Source of the DNA: an uncultured Desulfobacter sp.
GTDB taxonomy: Bacteria > Desulfobacterota > Desulfobacteria > Desulfobacterales > Desulfobacteraceae
Assembly: GCA_963665095.1 (NCBI GenBank)
Contig: OY762069.1
Span: forward strand, 6,842,359-6,906,358
Length of the DNA: 64,000 nucleotides
Direction of reading: 5' to 3'
Position 1 is the first letter of the stretch. Each line of letters opens with the position of its first letter. Below, one piece after another: positions 20,979 through 31,007 of the stretch. The position numbers and the translations under genes were made by a program. The notes beneath the pieces were generated by a model, which worked only from the letters and a program-made list of their open reading frames with translations, had not been told where the DNA came from and did no database searches.

Positions 20979-20989
20979 AGATAAGTCCT

Positions 20990-21721
20990 TTATGAGCCTT
21001 TTTTCTGTTCCCAGAAATCGCGGCTTTCCTTGAGGATATCACTGATATCATCATCTTCCTGATCCTGTTCAGGATTCAGGGCCGCAGTATCATCCTCGTC
21101 AGGATCGGATTCAAGGGCCGGCAGCCCATCCATGCCAAGCGGATCATCAAAATCCTGTGTAAGGCTGTCAAGCAGTTCGTCACCGTCATTTTCTTCCAGG
21201 ATGGCTGTGTCATCTTCATCGGCGGCCGCGCCATATTCAAGGTCTTCACTTTCAAGGCCCGGGTCTGCAGCCTGGATGCCGGAACCTTCTGCATCATCCG
21301 GAATTTTTTCGTCCTCATCTTCGGTATCCTGGGAATCCTGATCATAATCCGGCAGGTTAATGGCTAAATCCTCTTCCGGATCATCTTCTTCCAGGGCGGA
21401 TTCTTTGAGGTCTTCTGCAGCCGGGAGATCCTCGGAAGGCATCGTCTCTGCCTGTGCTTCAGGCATATTCTCGTCTGCTTCCCGGATCAGGTCTCCATTT
21501 CGGTCAAACAGCAGACTGCCGTTGAGGTTGACTGAAAAATCCAGCCTGAACGCCACTTGATCGTTATGAACAACAATCTGTCCGCCATTGGAGGTCAGGG
21601 CGGCAACAGACAAACGTTCTTTAAGCAGTTCTTTCACCGCATTCTGGTCCAGATCTTTTTGCAGGGATGCAATGAGATCCTTTTCTCCGTTCAGTATGAC
21701 TTGAGGGTCTGTTATTTTCAT
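20990..21721 (-). CDS. Hypothetical protein: folded N-terminal ~80 aa, long acidic disordered linker, C-terminal amphipathic helix
   Basis: 243-aa ORF, very D/E-rich; tight spacing to both neighbours. Confidence 0.8.
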   Translation of the reverse strand: MKITDPQVILNGEKDLIASLQKDLDQNAVKELLKERLSVAALTSNGGQIVVHNDQVAFRLDFSVNLNGSLLFDRNGDLIREADENMPEAQAETMPSEDLPAAEDLKESALEEDDPEEDLAINLPDYDQDSQDTEDEDEKIPDDAEGSGIQAADPGLESEDLEYGAAADEDDTAILEENDGDELLDSLTQDFDDPLGMDGLPALESDPDEDDTAALNPEQDQEDDDISDILKESRDFWEQKKGS

Positions 21722-21736
21722 GCCGAATGTCCCTTT

Positions 21737-23110
21737 CTATCGATTAAAAGCAATGTTGGCAAAGCTGGGTTCAATGAATTTTTCAAGATCAATGATTTTA
21801 CCTATTTCCATGACGTCGTGCATGTATCTCTGGATTTTATCCAGATCAGCCGCTTCAGGGTAGAGGCCGTCCCAACGGATGGCCATGGGCTGGGAGAAGA
21901 CATTTTGAAGTACCTGGGGATTTAAGCCCATTTTTTTTTCAGGATCCAGGAAGCTGACAGCAATGTCCGCGGCCCTGGCTTTGTCATTTTCAATATACTC
22001 CCCGGTATCCACCAGCAGGGATACAAATTCCTGGGCAGCTTCCGGATGTTCCTGAATAAAGTCTTTCTGCATGGCCACAACACAGCAGGGATGGTTTTCC
22101 CAGCGGGAAGCCGAATAAAATTCCAGGTTGCCGATCTCGCCTTTAATGGCTTTGGTGGCCACCGGTTCTGCCACCATGAAGCCGCCCACATCTTCATTCT
22201 CCTTCATAATGCCAGGCATCTTGATGGGCGGAACCACCTCGAAGCGGACATTGATGGCCTTTTCCCCGGGGACACCCGGTTTAAGTCCTAATTCTTTTAA
22301 AAACTGGTGGGCCAGCATATGATGGACAGACATCTTATGGGGGATGTCCACGACTTTGTATTTGTAGAAACTTTGCAGGGAGTCAAACCTGTGGTCGTAA
22401 TGTCGGGATCGTACAAAGGTGGAACCGTTTTTATGGGCAAAAAGCACCAGCTGAATAGGTGAATCATAGGCAAACAGGTCCATGGAGATGGGGGCCAGCA
22501 CAAAGGCGCAGTCCAGCTCCCCGCTTTCCAGGCCTTCCTGAATGGGGTTCCACCCGCCCATCAGCTGGGTGGAGAGATCAAAATACTGGGGCTCCACATC
22601 ACCCTGGGCGATTCTGTGTTTCAAGGCCCCCAATGCCAGGTGGTCCGTGATCTGGATGTGGGCAACATTAAGTTCCACCCGGCCGCCGATAATGCTCCTC
22701 TCTTTTTTGACCCGTTCCTCATCGCCTCCGCCTGAAAAGGCTTTTTCAATGGCCTTTGTGATCTCTTCTTCGTTAAAAGGCTTGGGACAGTGTGCATTGC
22801 CCCCGGCTTCCATGATGACTTTCTGCTGCCCCTTGTCTGATTGGGCGGTGGCCATGATAAAGGGCAGTTCCTTAAATTCGTCCGAGGCCCTTAATCCTTT
22901 GAGAAACCCAAGGCCGTCCATCGTAGGCATATTCCAGTCTGATATGACAAGATCAGGTTTTTCCGCCTTAACTTTTTCTAAACCGTCCACACCGTTCACG
23001 GCCATGACAAGATTGGTAAATCCGGCTTTCCCCAGGATTTGTTTAAACATCATCCGCATGGTTCCTGAGTCGTCTGCCACAACAATTTTAATATTCTGAT
23101 CTACCGCCAT
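21737..23110 (-). CDS. CheY-like receiver fused to an NrtA/CmpA-type binding domain (cytoplasmic)
   Basis: VVADDS...VISDWNMP...ATAQ...PKPF receiver; then AHIQITDHL, HKNGS, SVHHML, VAEP, WENHPCCV; no signal peptide. Confidence 0.88.
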   Translation of the reverse strand: MAVDQNIKIVVADDSGTMRMMFKQILGKAGFTNLVMAVNGVDGLEKVKAEKPDLVISDWNMPTMDGLGFLKGLRASDEFKELPFIMATAQSDKGQQKVIMEAGGNAHCPKPFNEEEITKAIEKAFSGGGDEERVKKERSIIGGRVELNVAHIQITDHLALGALKHRIAQGDVEPQYFDLSTQLMGGWNPIQEGLESGELDCAFVLAPISMDLFAYDSPIQLVLFAHKNGSTFVRSRHYDHRFDSLQSFYKYKVVDIPHKMSVHHMLAHQFLKELGLKPGVPGEKAINVRFEVVPPIKMPGIMKENEDVGGFMVAEPVATKAIKGEIGNLEFYSASRWENHPCCVVAMQKDFIQEHPEAAQEFVSLLVDTGEYIENDKARAADIAVSFLDPEKKMGLNPQVLQNVFSQPMAIRWDGLYPEAADLDKIQRYMHDVMEIGKIIDLEKFIEPSFANIAFNR

Positions 23111-23188
23111 AAAATGCTCCTTGTGTCTTACTATAAGGTTATTTTTATGAAAAATGTAATATGTATGTCCTGTTTAAATATTGCTGTT

Positions 23189-24010
23189 TTATGACCAGCT
23201 GAATTTTTGTTGCAGTTTCTGGAAAATTCTGTCCAGAACAAATCCCAGTATGCCTATGGCTATGATGACAGCCATCAGTTTATCGTACTCCATGGTATCC
23301 CTGGCATCGTTGATCAGATAGCCCAAACCCGATGATACCCCTAAAAATTCAGCCGGAACCAGTACAATCCAGGCAATTCCCAGAGCCAGCCGCAGGCTGG
23401 TCATCATATGGGGAACAGAATATGGAATAACAATGGTTCGAATTAGCTGAAAGTTATTGGCCCCCTGATTCAGAGCCATTTTTATCCATTGGGGATTGAT
23501 ATCCATGACACCCACTGCTGTGTTCAATATTATAGGGCAAATTGTGGCCATTACAATCAAAAAATGCACTGAAGATTCAAAGCTTTGAAATAAAAGCAGG
23601 GCAATGGGCATCCATGAGAGCGGGCTGATCATCCTTACGAACTGAATCGGCGAATAGGTAAGCTTGCGAAGTTTGCCATAAAAACCGATGAGTACGCCAA
23701 AGGGAAGACCAATGGCTGACGCAATGGCAATACCTAAGACAATTCTTCGCAGGCTTGCAAATACAGACATCCAGAACCGGTAATCCTGGAAGGCCTCCAC
23801 CAGGGCGGCAAGGGTGGGGCCGGGAAGAAACCCTGAAAAATGGGAAAGTTCGGCCCGGGTGAAGATAAATTGCGTAACAGCAGCCCAGAGGCAGGCAAAC
23901 AGGGCAAATCCTGCCAGTTCATATTTCCAGCCTGACAATATCCTGGTTAAAAGGGAAGGCATCCCCAGTTGTCCAAGACTGGTCTGAGAGTCTATATTAG
24001 TTAATTTCAA
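23189..24010 (-). CDS. ABC transporter permease (nitrate/sulfonate/bicarbonate family)
   Basis: SLRRI, ISPLSWMP, LVPAEFLGVSSGLGYLI. Confidence 0.92.
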   Translation of the reverse strand: MKLTNIDSQTSLGQLGMPSLLTRILSGWKYELAGFALFACLWAAVTQFIFTRAELSHFSGFLPGPTLAALVEAFQDYRFWMSVFASLRRIVLGIAIASAIGLPFGVLIGFYGKLRKLTYSPIQFVRMISPLSWMPIALLLFQSFESSVHFLIVMATICPIILNTAVGVMDINPQWIKMALNQGANNFQLIRTIVIPYSVPHMMTSLRLALGIAWIVLVPAEFLGVSSGLGYLINDARDTMEYDKLMAVIIAIGILGFVLDRIFQKLQQKFSWS

Positions 24011-25199
24011 CGGTTTCTTCCCTGGTAAATTTTTCTGTTACATCACACTGGCAAAATCCCTTCATGCCGCCCATGTCATCCAGCGCTTTCCTGACAAAAC
24101 TGTCATCCACAAGAGTTGCGGCAGCTGCGCCAATATCAAGGGATGCCAGAAAATCTGCGTTTCCCTCAACCTTGGTTTTTTTCATCTGTTCCAGGATAAA
24201 CCGGGTGGCACTTGGAAACGGAAACGGCTGAAATCCGATCCGTTCCACACCCCATTGGGGATGAACCAGCTCTTTATCAGGAATGGAACCAAATACCCTG
24301 GCAAGAACTGATTCTTTCACCGGCAGATAGCCTTCGCCATCCCTGCTGAGCAGATGGGCGGTTTCTTTAGGATTCTGCAGACACCATGCCTGGGCACGGA
24401 CAATGGCGTTGACTGCTTTTTGAATCATGACTGGATGCTGCTGGATCTGATGTTCATTGGTTACGATAACACAACAGGGATGATTTTTCCAAATATCTCC
24501 TGAATATCGCATAATTTTTGCTGAAAATTTTTCCTGGGCCAGGGCGTTGAACGGATCTGCCACGATAAATGCGTCTATTTTTTTCCCCAAAAGGGCCTGG
24601 GGCATGTCCGGTGGTGGCAGAATGAACAGATTGACCTCATGGGGGGCTAAGCGGGAATTAGGCGGTTTGATCACAGGCGTAAGTCCCTGGACCTGCAATC
24701 CCAACTGCATGACCAGATTGTGCATGGAGTACCATGAGGGTACAGCCACCTGTTTGCCGCCCAGGTTGGCAAAGCGGTCGATGCCGCTATCTGACCTGAC
24801 CGTAACCGCGCTGCCGTTGGTGTGGTCCCAGGCAAGCACTTTCACCGGCATTTTTTGCCTGAAGCGCATCCATATAGGAATGGGAAAAAGCATATGGGTC
24901 AGATCAAATTTTCCGGTCAAAAAGGATTCCGTAAGTATCTTCCACGACCGGACCATAACAGGCTGCTTGACATCCAGCCCTTCCTGGGAAAAATAACCAA
25001 GGCTGTGTGCTGCCAGTAATGGCGTAGCATCAGTAATGGGCAGATACCCGATTTTCAAAGGGTGTTTCCGGGCTGCGGCCAAAGACGGCAGGGCCAGTGA
25101 ACTGCAGGCCGCAGCGCCTGCGGCACAGGCAGTGGTTTTTAAAAACTGTCGCCGTGACATGTCAGGGCTTGTCATCAAGCCGGCATTGTTCAGATTCAT
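23997..25199 (-). CDS. Tat-exported ABC substrate-binding protein (NrtA/CmpA-like)
   Basis: SRRQFLK twin-arginine signal; IGYLPITDATPL, HTNGS, SMHN, WKNHPCCV. Confidence 0.92.
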   Translation of the reverse strand: MNLNNAGLMTSPDMSRRQFLKTTACAAGAAACSSLALPSLAAARKHPLKIGYLPITDATPLLAAHSLGYFSQEGLDVKQPVMVRSWKILTESFLTGKFDLTHMLFPIPIWMRFRQKMPVKVLAWDHTNGSAVTVRSDSGIDRFANLGGKQVAVPSWYSMHNLVMQLGLQVQGLTPVIKPPNSRLAPHEVNLFILPPPDMPQALLGKKIDAFIVADPFNALAQEKFSAKIMRYSGDIWKNHPCCVIVTNEHQIQQHPVMIQKAVNAIVRAQAWCLQNPKETAHLLSRDGEGYLPVKESVLARVFGSIPDKELVHPQWGVERIGFQPFPFPSATRFILEQMKKTKVEGNADFLASLDIGAAAATLVDDSFVRKALDDMGGMKGFCQCDVTEKFTREETVEIN

Positions 25200-25966
25200 C
25201 AGTGCAGGCTCCGTTTCACTATATATGCATTTTTAAAGCGGTCGAGAATGGTGGTTCGAAGCGCCTTGATTGCCGGGTTATTCTGCTGCCTGGGGTAGGG
25301 TTCTTTGATATCAAATATCTGCGTAATACCGGCGGGGTCACCTGCCAGCAGAACAATTTTGTTGCCAAGCCTGATGGCCTCGTCAATGTCATGGGTAACA
25401 AAAACAGCTGTGAAGCTTTCTGACATCCACAGATTCACCAGTTCCTCCTGGATGTGGGCCTGGGTAAAGGTGTCCAGGGATGCAAATGGTTCGTCCAGCA
25501 GCAGAACCTGTGGATGCCCTACCAGTGCCCTTGCCAGACATACCCGCTGGGCCATGCCCAGGGACAGATGGTCTGGTTTTGCATCTGCCGCGCCGGTCAG
25601 TCCCATGATTTCCAGAAACTGGCTTACCCGGTAATCCAGATCCTTGACATCTTTTCTGATCCGGCAGCCATAGGCTACATTTTCCTTAACACTGAGCCAT
25701 GGAATCAGTGCAGGCTGCTGGAAAAGCATGGAGCGGGACGGATGAATCCCTGAAACAGGCTCCCCGTTCACCCGGATCTGTCCGCTGGTCGGGGCCTCCA
25801 GCCCTGCCAGAAGGTTGAGCAACGTTGTTTTTCCACACCCGGATTCGCCAAGGATGATGACAAAATCTCCGGGATCTATGGAAAAAGAGATATCCTTGAG
25901 TATCTGCTGCGGCTTTTGACCCGGGCTGTAATAAAATTTATTTATTTTTTCAATTTCTATTTTCAA
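25199..25966 (-). CDS. ABC transporter ATP-binding protein (start approximate; ORF open to 25999)
   Basis: GESGCGKT, LSLGMAQR, LLLDEPF, FVTHD. Confidence 0.95.
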   Translation of the reverse strand: MKIEIEKINKFYYSPGQKPQQILKDISFSIDPGDFVIILGESGCGKTTLLNLLAGLEAPTSGQIRVNGEPVSGIHPSRSMLFQQPALIPWLSVKENVAYGCRIRKDVKDLDYRVSQFLEIMGLTGAADAKPDHLSLGMAQRVCLARALVGHPQVLLLDEPFASLDTFTQAHIQEELVNLWMSESFTAVFVTHDIDEAIRLGNKIVLLAGDPAGITQIFDIKEPYPRQQNNPAIKALRTTILDRFKNAYIVKRSLH

Positions 25967-25970
25967 TATT

Positions 25971-26915
25971 TTACAGTCCCGATATAGCTGTCTGGGCAAA
26001 TTCCGGCGTAATAAAGCCCTTGAAGTCCGTATCAGCCGGCATTACTTCCATGGCTGTGCTCATATAGCCCTGAACAGTGTTTAATATATTTGGGTCCGGG
26101 ATCAGCAGAGCAGGAGAGTAACTGACCCCAGATGTGCTGACAGTATTGTGGACTTGGTTTGCCTGCAGTTTTAAAAATGCGGCACAGCCGGCGCCAATAT
26201 TTCCGTGGGCAGTAGTATTATCATGCATTGACTGCTCCAGCTGTCTGGCTGCCTGGAAGAAATATTTCATTAATATCGGTATGACTGCGTCTTTATTTCG
26301 GATCAGGTCCTGCTTTATCACAAAGACCGATCCCGGGTGATCTTTCCACAGATCCCGTGACACAAGCAGTTGCTTAAATCGTTTGGTCTCCAGCAGGTTT
26401 TGCCCAAAAGGCGCCGGAGTGATAAATGCTGCGATATCCGCATCCCTGTCTGAATCTGCCAGCTCCGGCATCAGTGCGGGGGGGACAGCCTCAAGTTCCA
26501 CACTATGGTCACGATTGAAGTTATCGCCTGTTTTGAGCTGCCTTGCCGTCAGCAGTTGGTGTACAAGCATATGCTGGACAGACACTCTGTGGGGGATCAA
26601 AACGCTTTTGCCTTTGAAATTCGCCATTTTCTGAATGGCCTCAGAGGCAATGACCCTGCTGCCGCCCCGGTGGGTAAACATAAGCATAGTGATATCCAGA
26701 CCGCTATCATATAAATACATGGCATGGGCCAAATCCATGAATGCCGCATTGATCTCACCGGATGCAAGCCCTGCTTCAATCTGTTCCCATGAACGCATGG
26801 CAAAGGGCAGAATATCCGTGCCGGAACCGGGTTCCCTGTTTTGAATATATAACGGCAGGGCGATTCCGAGTATCAGATGATCAACACAGCTAAAATGTCC
26901 GATTCGGATAGTCAG
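25971..26915 (-). CDS. Cytoplasmic NrtA/CmpA-like binding protein; probable non-canonical CTG start at 26915
   Basis: Frame stays open upstream of ATG 26798 and encodes TIRIGHFSCVDHLILG, homologous to LNVAHIQITDHLALG in the receiver fusion; HRGGS, SVQHML, WKDHP motifs. Confidence 0.78.
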   Translation of the reverse strand: MTIRIGHFSCVDHLILGIALPLYIQNREPGSGTDILPFAMRSWEQIEAGLASGEINAAFMDLAHAMYLYDSGLDITMLMFTHRGGSRVIASEAIQKMANFKGKSVLIPHRVSVQHMLVHQLLTARQLKTGDNFNRDHSVELEAVPPALMPELADSDRDADIAAFITPAPFGQNLLETKRFKQLLVSRDLWKDHPGSVFVIKQDLIRNKDAVIPILMKYFFQAARQLEQSMHDNTTAHGNIGAGCAAFLKLQANQVHNTVSTSGVSYSPALLIPDPNILNTVQGYMSTAMEVMPADTDFKGFITPEFAQTAISGL

Positions 26916-27053
26916 GGCAGCCTCAATTTTTCAACATTTGCTGAAGTTTTTTGATTTTTTTCGAATCAAACTTTAACACAGCCTGGAACGTATTGGCAAG
27001 CTTGCGGGTACAATTTAAAACCGGTCAATCCCTGCCTGACAAGCCTTAGGTTT

Positions 27054-28736
27054 TTACAGCCGTCCCCGCTGGATAATGGCCACCAGAAGCCAGATACCCA
27101 TAACTGCCGCAGCAAGGAAGCCGGCAATGCCGATGATGGAGACGCCAAAGATCATGGGCGGAATCTGTGAGTTGAGAACAATGGCTGATCCCAGGATCAA
27201 TGCCGCTATGATGATGGCAAAGGAGATCCGGTTGGATGTCTGATCCTGGGTCATCATCAGGCGCTCCAGCCCCTCTATTTTAATAATGGCTTTCAGCTTG
27301 CCCTGTTTGATCTGGGTGATGATCTGGCTTGTATCCGAAGGCAGGGCCTGCATCAGGGCAAAGGTATCCCTGGTAATACCGGCCAGCTCCCGGGAAAGAC
27401 GGGGTAAGGAATATTTTTTCAGGGTGGCGGCCCTGACATAGGGACGGGCATGGCCGAGCATGTCAAATTCCGGGTCAAGTTGGCGGGCCACCCCTTCAAT
27501 GCTGATAAAGGCCTTGATCATTAAAAACAGGTCCGGTGAAATTCTTAATCCGTGCCGGGCGCACAGCTCAAGAAACTGGTGTACCATTCGGCTGGGGCTG
27601 ATCTCCTTGAGTTTTTTAGACAGGTATACGGCAGAGAACTGGGCTATATCCTTTTCCAGTGCCTCCATATTGACGGAATGATCGGATTCTGTCAGGCGGC
27701 ACAGCAGCCGTGCCGTGTTCTGATTGTTTTTTGCGGCAAGACTGTGGAGCAGGTCAATGAACGCCTCACGGGTGGCCTGGTTTACAAATCCGGTCATGCC
27801 AAAATCAATGACACAGATGCGCTGGTCTGTCAGAATTAAAATATTGCCGGGGTGGGGATCGGCATGGAAAAAACCAAACTCAAACACCTGTCGCATGATA
27901 AAGTCGGCGCCCATCCGGGTAATTTTTTTTCGGTCAAGGCCTGCCCTGTCAATGGCGTCAATGTCATCGGCCTTGATGCCTTTGATAAACTCCATGCTCA
28001 ACACCCGCTGGGTGGAATGGGACCGGTAGACCTGGGGGATGTGAATGTTGGGATCCCTGGCAAACTGGTCTGCCATCTGTTCCATGCTGGCCGCCTCAAC
28101 CGTGTAATCCAGTTCCTTTTCCAGGGAATCGGCAAATTCTTCAACAATCTTCACCGGCCGGAATATGGCCATATCCTCCAGATTCTTTTCCATGACCTGG
28201 GCCAGGTAGTGAATGATTTCCAGGTCCACCTCTATTGTTTTGCGGATACCGGGCCGTTGGATTTTAACGGCCACCTGTTCGCCGGATGACAGCGTTGCCT
28301 TATGTACCTGTCCGATTGACGCCGAAGCAAAGGGCTTTTCCTCAAAAGAGTGGAATACCGCACTGATGGGCCTGCCGAATTCTGCAAGGATGATCTGCTT
28401 GACCTGTTCAAAGGCAAAGGCAGGCACTTTGTCCTGCAGTTTGGCAAGTTCCCGGGTAAGGTCCAGGGGGATCAGGTCCGGACGCGAGGAGAGAACCTGG
28501 CCCATTTTAATGAAGGTCGGTCCCAGTTCCTCCAGCACCATCCTGATCCGCTGGTTTCTGGACATTTTTTCGTGGGGTTTTGAAAACGGGATAATGGTGT
28601 CAAGATAGTGATCAATCTTCATGGCATCAATAATATTCTCAAACCCGTATTTGAGAATGATGCCGATGATCTGCTGGTACCGGACCAGATGGCGGTAGCG
28701 TTTGGTGACCTTTGAAATGGTCTTGAAACTGAGCAT
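27054..28736 (-). CDS. AarF/ABC1/UbiB family kinase-like protein
   Basis: LGPTFIKMGQ, ASASIGQVH, VAVKIQRP, FFHADPHPGN, IDFGM; two C-terminal TM helices. Confidence 0.95.
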   Translation of the reverse strand: MLSFKTISKVTKRYRHLVRYQQIIGIILKYGFENIIDAMKIDHYLDTIIPFSKPHEKMSRNQRIRMVLEELGPTFIKMGQVLSSRPDLIPLDLTRELAKLQDKVPAFAFEQVKQIILAEFGRPISAVFHSFEEKPFASASIGQVHKATLSSGEQVAVKIQRPGIRKTIEVDLEIIHYLAQVMEKNLEDMAIFRPVKIVEEFADSLEKELDYTVEAASMEQMADQFARDPNIHIPQVYRSHSTQRVLSMEFIKGIKADDIDAIDRAGLDRKKITRMGADFIMRQVFEFGFFHADPHPGNILILTDQRICVIDFGMTGFVNQATREAFIDLLHSLAAKNNQNTARLLCRLTESDHSVNMEALEKDIAQFSAVYLSKKLKEISPSRMVHQFLELCARHGLRISPDLFLMIKAFISIEGVARQLDPEFDMLGHARPYVRAATLKKYSLPRLSRELAGITRDTFALMQALPSDTSQIITQIKQGKLKAIIKIEGLERLMMTQDQTSNRISFAIIIAALILGSAIVLNSQIPPMIFGVSIIGIAGFLAAAVMGIWLLVAIIQRGRL

Positions 28737-28761
28737 GGGTTTAAAAGACGATGCCGGCAGC

Positions 28762-29079
28762 TTAGTCTTTGTTTTTCAGCTTTTCGGAAAGCTCATCGAT
28801 GCGGGCGTTCAAGTTGTTGATGTCAGCCCGGGTCGGCAGGTCAAGGCGCTTGAGCACGGATTCCACAATTGTTTCAATTTTTTTATCAAGATTGGTTTTC
28901 GCGTCATCATATCGTTTCTTGCAGTCATCCAGGAACTCTCTGGCTTCCTGCTGGTTCATTTCCGACTGTTCGGCAAATTCTTTGGCCAGGGCTTCAATCT
29001 CTTTTTTGGACCGAAGGGCCATGCCCACACCGGTAAGCAGGCTGTTTTTTATGGTTTCAAGCATGCTGTTTTCCTCCAT
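28762..29079 (-). CDS. Phasin-family / granule-associated small helical protein
   Basis: LLTGVG..., LDLPTRADINNLNARIDEL pattern; typical partner upstream of UbiB-like genes. Confidence 0.8.
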   Translation of the reverse strand: MEENSMLETIKNSLLTGVGMALRSKKEIEALAKEFAEQSEMNQQEAREFLDDCKKRYDDAKTNLDKKIETIVESVLKRLDLPTRADINNLNARIDELSEKLKNKD

Positions 29080-29159
29080 GGTAATTTTTAAACCAGATAA
29101 ACAGGCCCCGGAGCACTTCAGCGTCCCGGGACCTTTAAAAATATCAGGATCAGGGCTTA

Positions 29160-31007
29160 CTATTTTGATCCAAAAGAGACATCCTGGATCTCTTCCACAC
29201 AGGTGTCCCCCTCAAGGATGGCATCCATTTTACCATAGGTGGCCGGCAAAAGTGTATTAATAAAAAATTTGGCTGACGCCATCTGACCGGCATAGAAGGC
29301 CGCATCCTTATTGGAACCTGCTTTGGCCGCCACAGTCTCAGGATCAAGAGATCCCGCCTTTTTGGCCAGTTTGGGGGCAGCAATCATTGCCCGCCACAGA
29401 TGCATCCATGCAAAGGTAACATCTCCGGTCACTTCCAGGAAGGGGTGGGCAAAGGCATAGGCGTTGAGGAAGTTTGCCGATCTGGAACGGGTGCCAATAT
29501 CCTTGGCAAGCGCCTCAAACCGGGACAGGGCATGTTCCATTTTTTCGGCAAGAACCGTGACGCCTTCCACCTCTTTGGCTTCAGTTATCGTTTTTCTGAT
29601 CTGGTCAAGGAAATGGGCAAAGCTTTGACCCTTGTTCATGGAAAGCTTTCTGCCGATAAGATCCATGGCCTGAATGCCGTTGGTGCCTTCATAAATCATG
29701 AAGATCCTGGAGTCGCGCATGAGCTGTTCTGCCGGATATTCTTTGCAATAGCCGTATCCGCCGTAAACCTGGACGCCGTGGGAGCATACTTCAAGGGCCT
29801 TGTCCGTGACATACCCTTTGACTATCGGGGTGAGAACCTCAATCAATGCAGCTGTTTCCGCTTTCAGATCGGCATCATCCGTGGTGTGGACAATGTCCTG
29901 GCACTTGGCATAGTAATAGTGCAGGGAGCGCATGCCTTCGGTAAACACCTTCATATTCAGCAGCTGGCGTTTGACATCGGGATGGTTGATAATCGTTACG
30001 TTTTTAGCGGTGGCATCTTTGCCTGCACTCAAGTGCCGGCCCTGAACCCTGCTCCTGGCGTATTCCAGGGCATTCATATAAGATGCTGAGGCCACGGCAA
30101 AACCCTGCAGTCCCACAAAGGCCCTGGCTTCATTCATCATTTTAAACATTTCGGGCATGCCTTTGTTCTCTTCACCTAAAAGGGTGCCGATGGACGGTGC
30201 TTTGTCTCCGAGAGAGAGCGTGCAGGTGGCGTTTCCGTGGATGCCCATTTTTTCTTCAATGCCGGTGCATACCACATTGTTGAATTCTCCTAGGGAGCCA
30301 TCCTCATTAACCAGGTATTTAGGTACCAGAAATAGGGAAATTCCCTTAGTACCGGCAGGTGCCCCTTCAATACGCGCCAGAACCGGATGGATAATGTTGT
30401 CGCAAAGGTCGTGTTCCCCTGCGGAGATAAAAATTTTGGTCCCCTGGATGGAATAGGTGCCGTCGTCGTTTAACGTGGCCGTTGTGGTCAGTGCTCCTAC
30501 ATCAGAACCGGCTTCGGGTTCAGTCAGCAGCATGGTGCCGCCCCAGGTGCCGGCAAACATTTTTTTCATGTACAGTTTTTTCTGGGTGTCGTCGCCAAAG
30601 GCTTCCACCAGTTTGGCGGCTCCGTGGGTCATGCCGTAGTAAAGCATAAAGGCGGAGTTGGCGCCCACCATATATTCCAGGGCCGCACATCCCACGGTTT
30701 TAGGCATGCCCTGGCCGCCGACTTCGGGATCATCGCACATGGCCAGCCATTCGCCCTCGCAGAACAGCTTCCAGGCCCGCTTGAAGGATTCAGGCGTCGT
30801 GACTTTTCCGTTGTCAAGGGTGCAGCCGATCTCATCACCCTCTTTGAAGGTGGGAAGGATCTCTTTGATGGATAAAGATCTTGCCTCTGAAACAATCAGG
30901 TCAATGGTTTTTTTGTTGAATTCTTCAAACAACTCATGATCAACCGTTCCGATCTGTTCATGCAATACAAAGTCGACGTCGCGTCTGTCTGCGATAGCCT
31001 GTGCCAT
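29160..31007 (-). CDS. Acyl-CoA dehydrogenase (long ~600-aa type)
   Basis: TMLLTEPEAGSD, GTKIFIS, EEKMGIHG, YGGYGY, IYEGTNGIQAMDL. Confidence 0.96.
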   Translation of the reverse strand: MAQAIADRRDVDFVLHEQIGTVDHELFEEFNKKTIDLIVSEARSLSIKEILPTFKEGDEIGCTLDNGKVTTPESFKRAWKLFCEGEWLAMCDDPEVGGQGMPKTVGCAALEYMVGANSAFMLYYGMTHGAAKLVEAFGDDTQKKLYMKKMFAGTWGGTMLLTEPEAGSDVGALTTTATLNDDGTYSIQGTKIFISAGEHDLCDNIIHPVLARIEGAPAGTKGISLFLVPKYLVNEDGSLGEFNNVVCTGIEEKMGIHGNATCTLSLGDKAPSIGTLLGEENKGMPEMFKMMNEARAFVGLQGFAVASASYMNALEYARSRVQGRHLSAGKDATAKNVTIINHPDVKRQLLNMKVFTEGMRSLHYYYAKCQDIVHTTDDADLKAETAALIEVLTPIVKGYVTDKALEVCSHGVQVYGGYGYCKEYPAEQLMRDSRIFMIYEGTNGIQAMDLIGRKLSMNKGQSFAHFLDQIRKTITEAKEVEGVTVLAEKMEHALSRFEALAKDIGTRSRSANFLNAYAFAHPFLEVTGDVTFAWMHLWRAMIAAPKLAKKAGSLDPETVAAKAGSNKDAAFYAGQMASAKFFINTLLPATYGKMDAILEGDTCVEEIQDVSFGSK

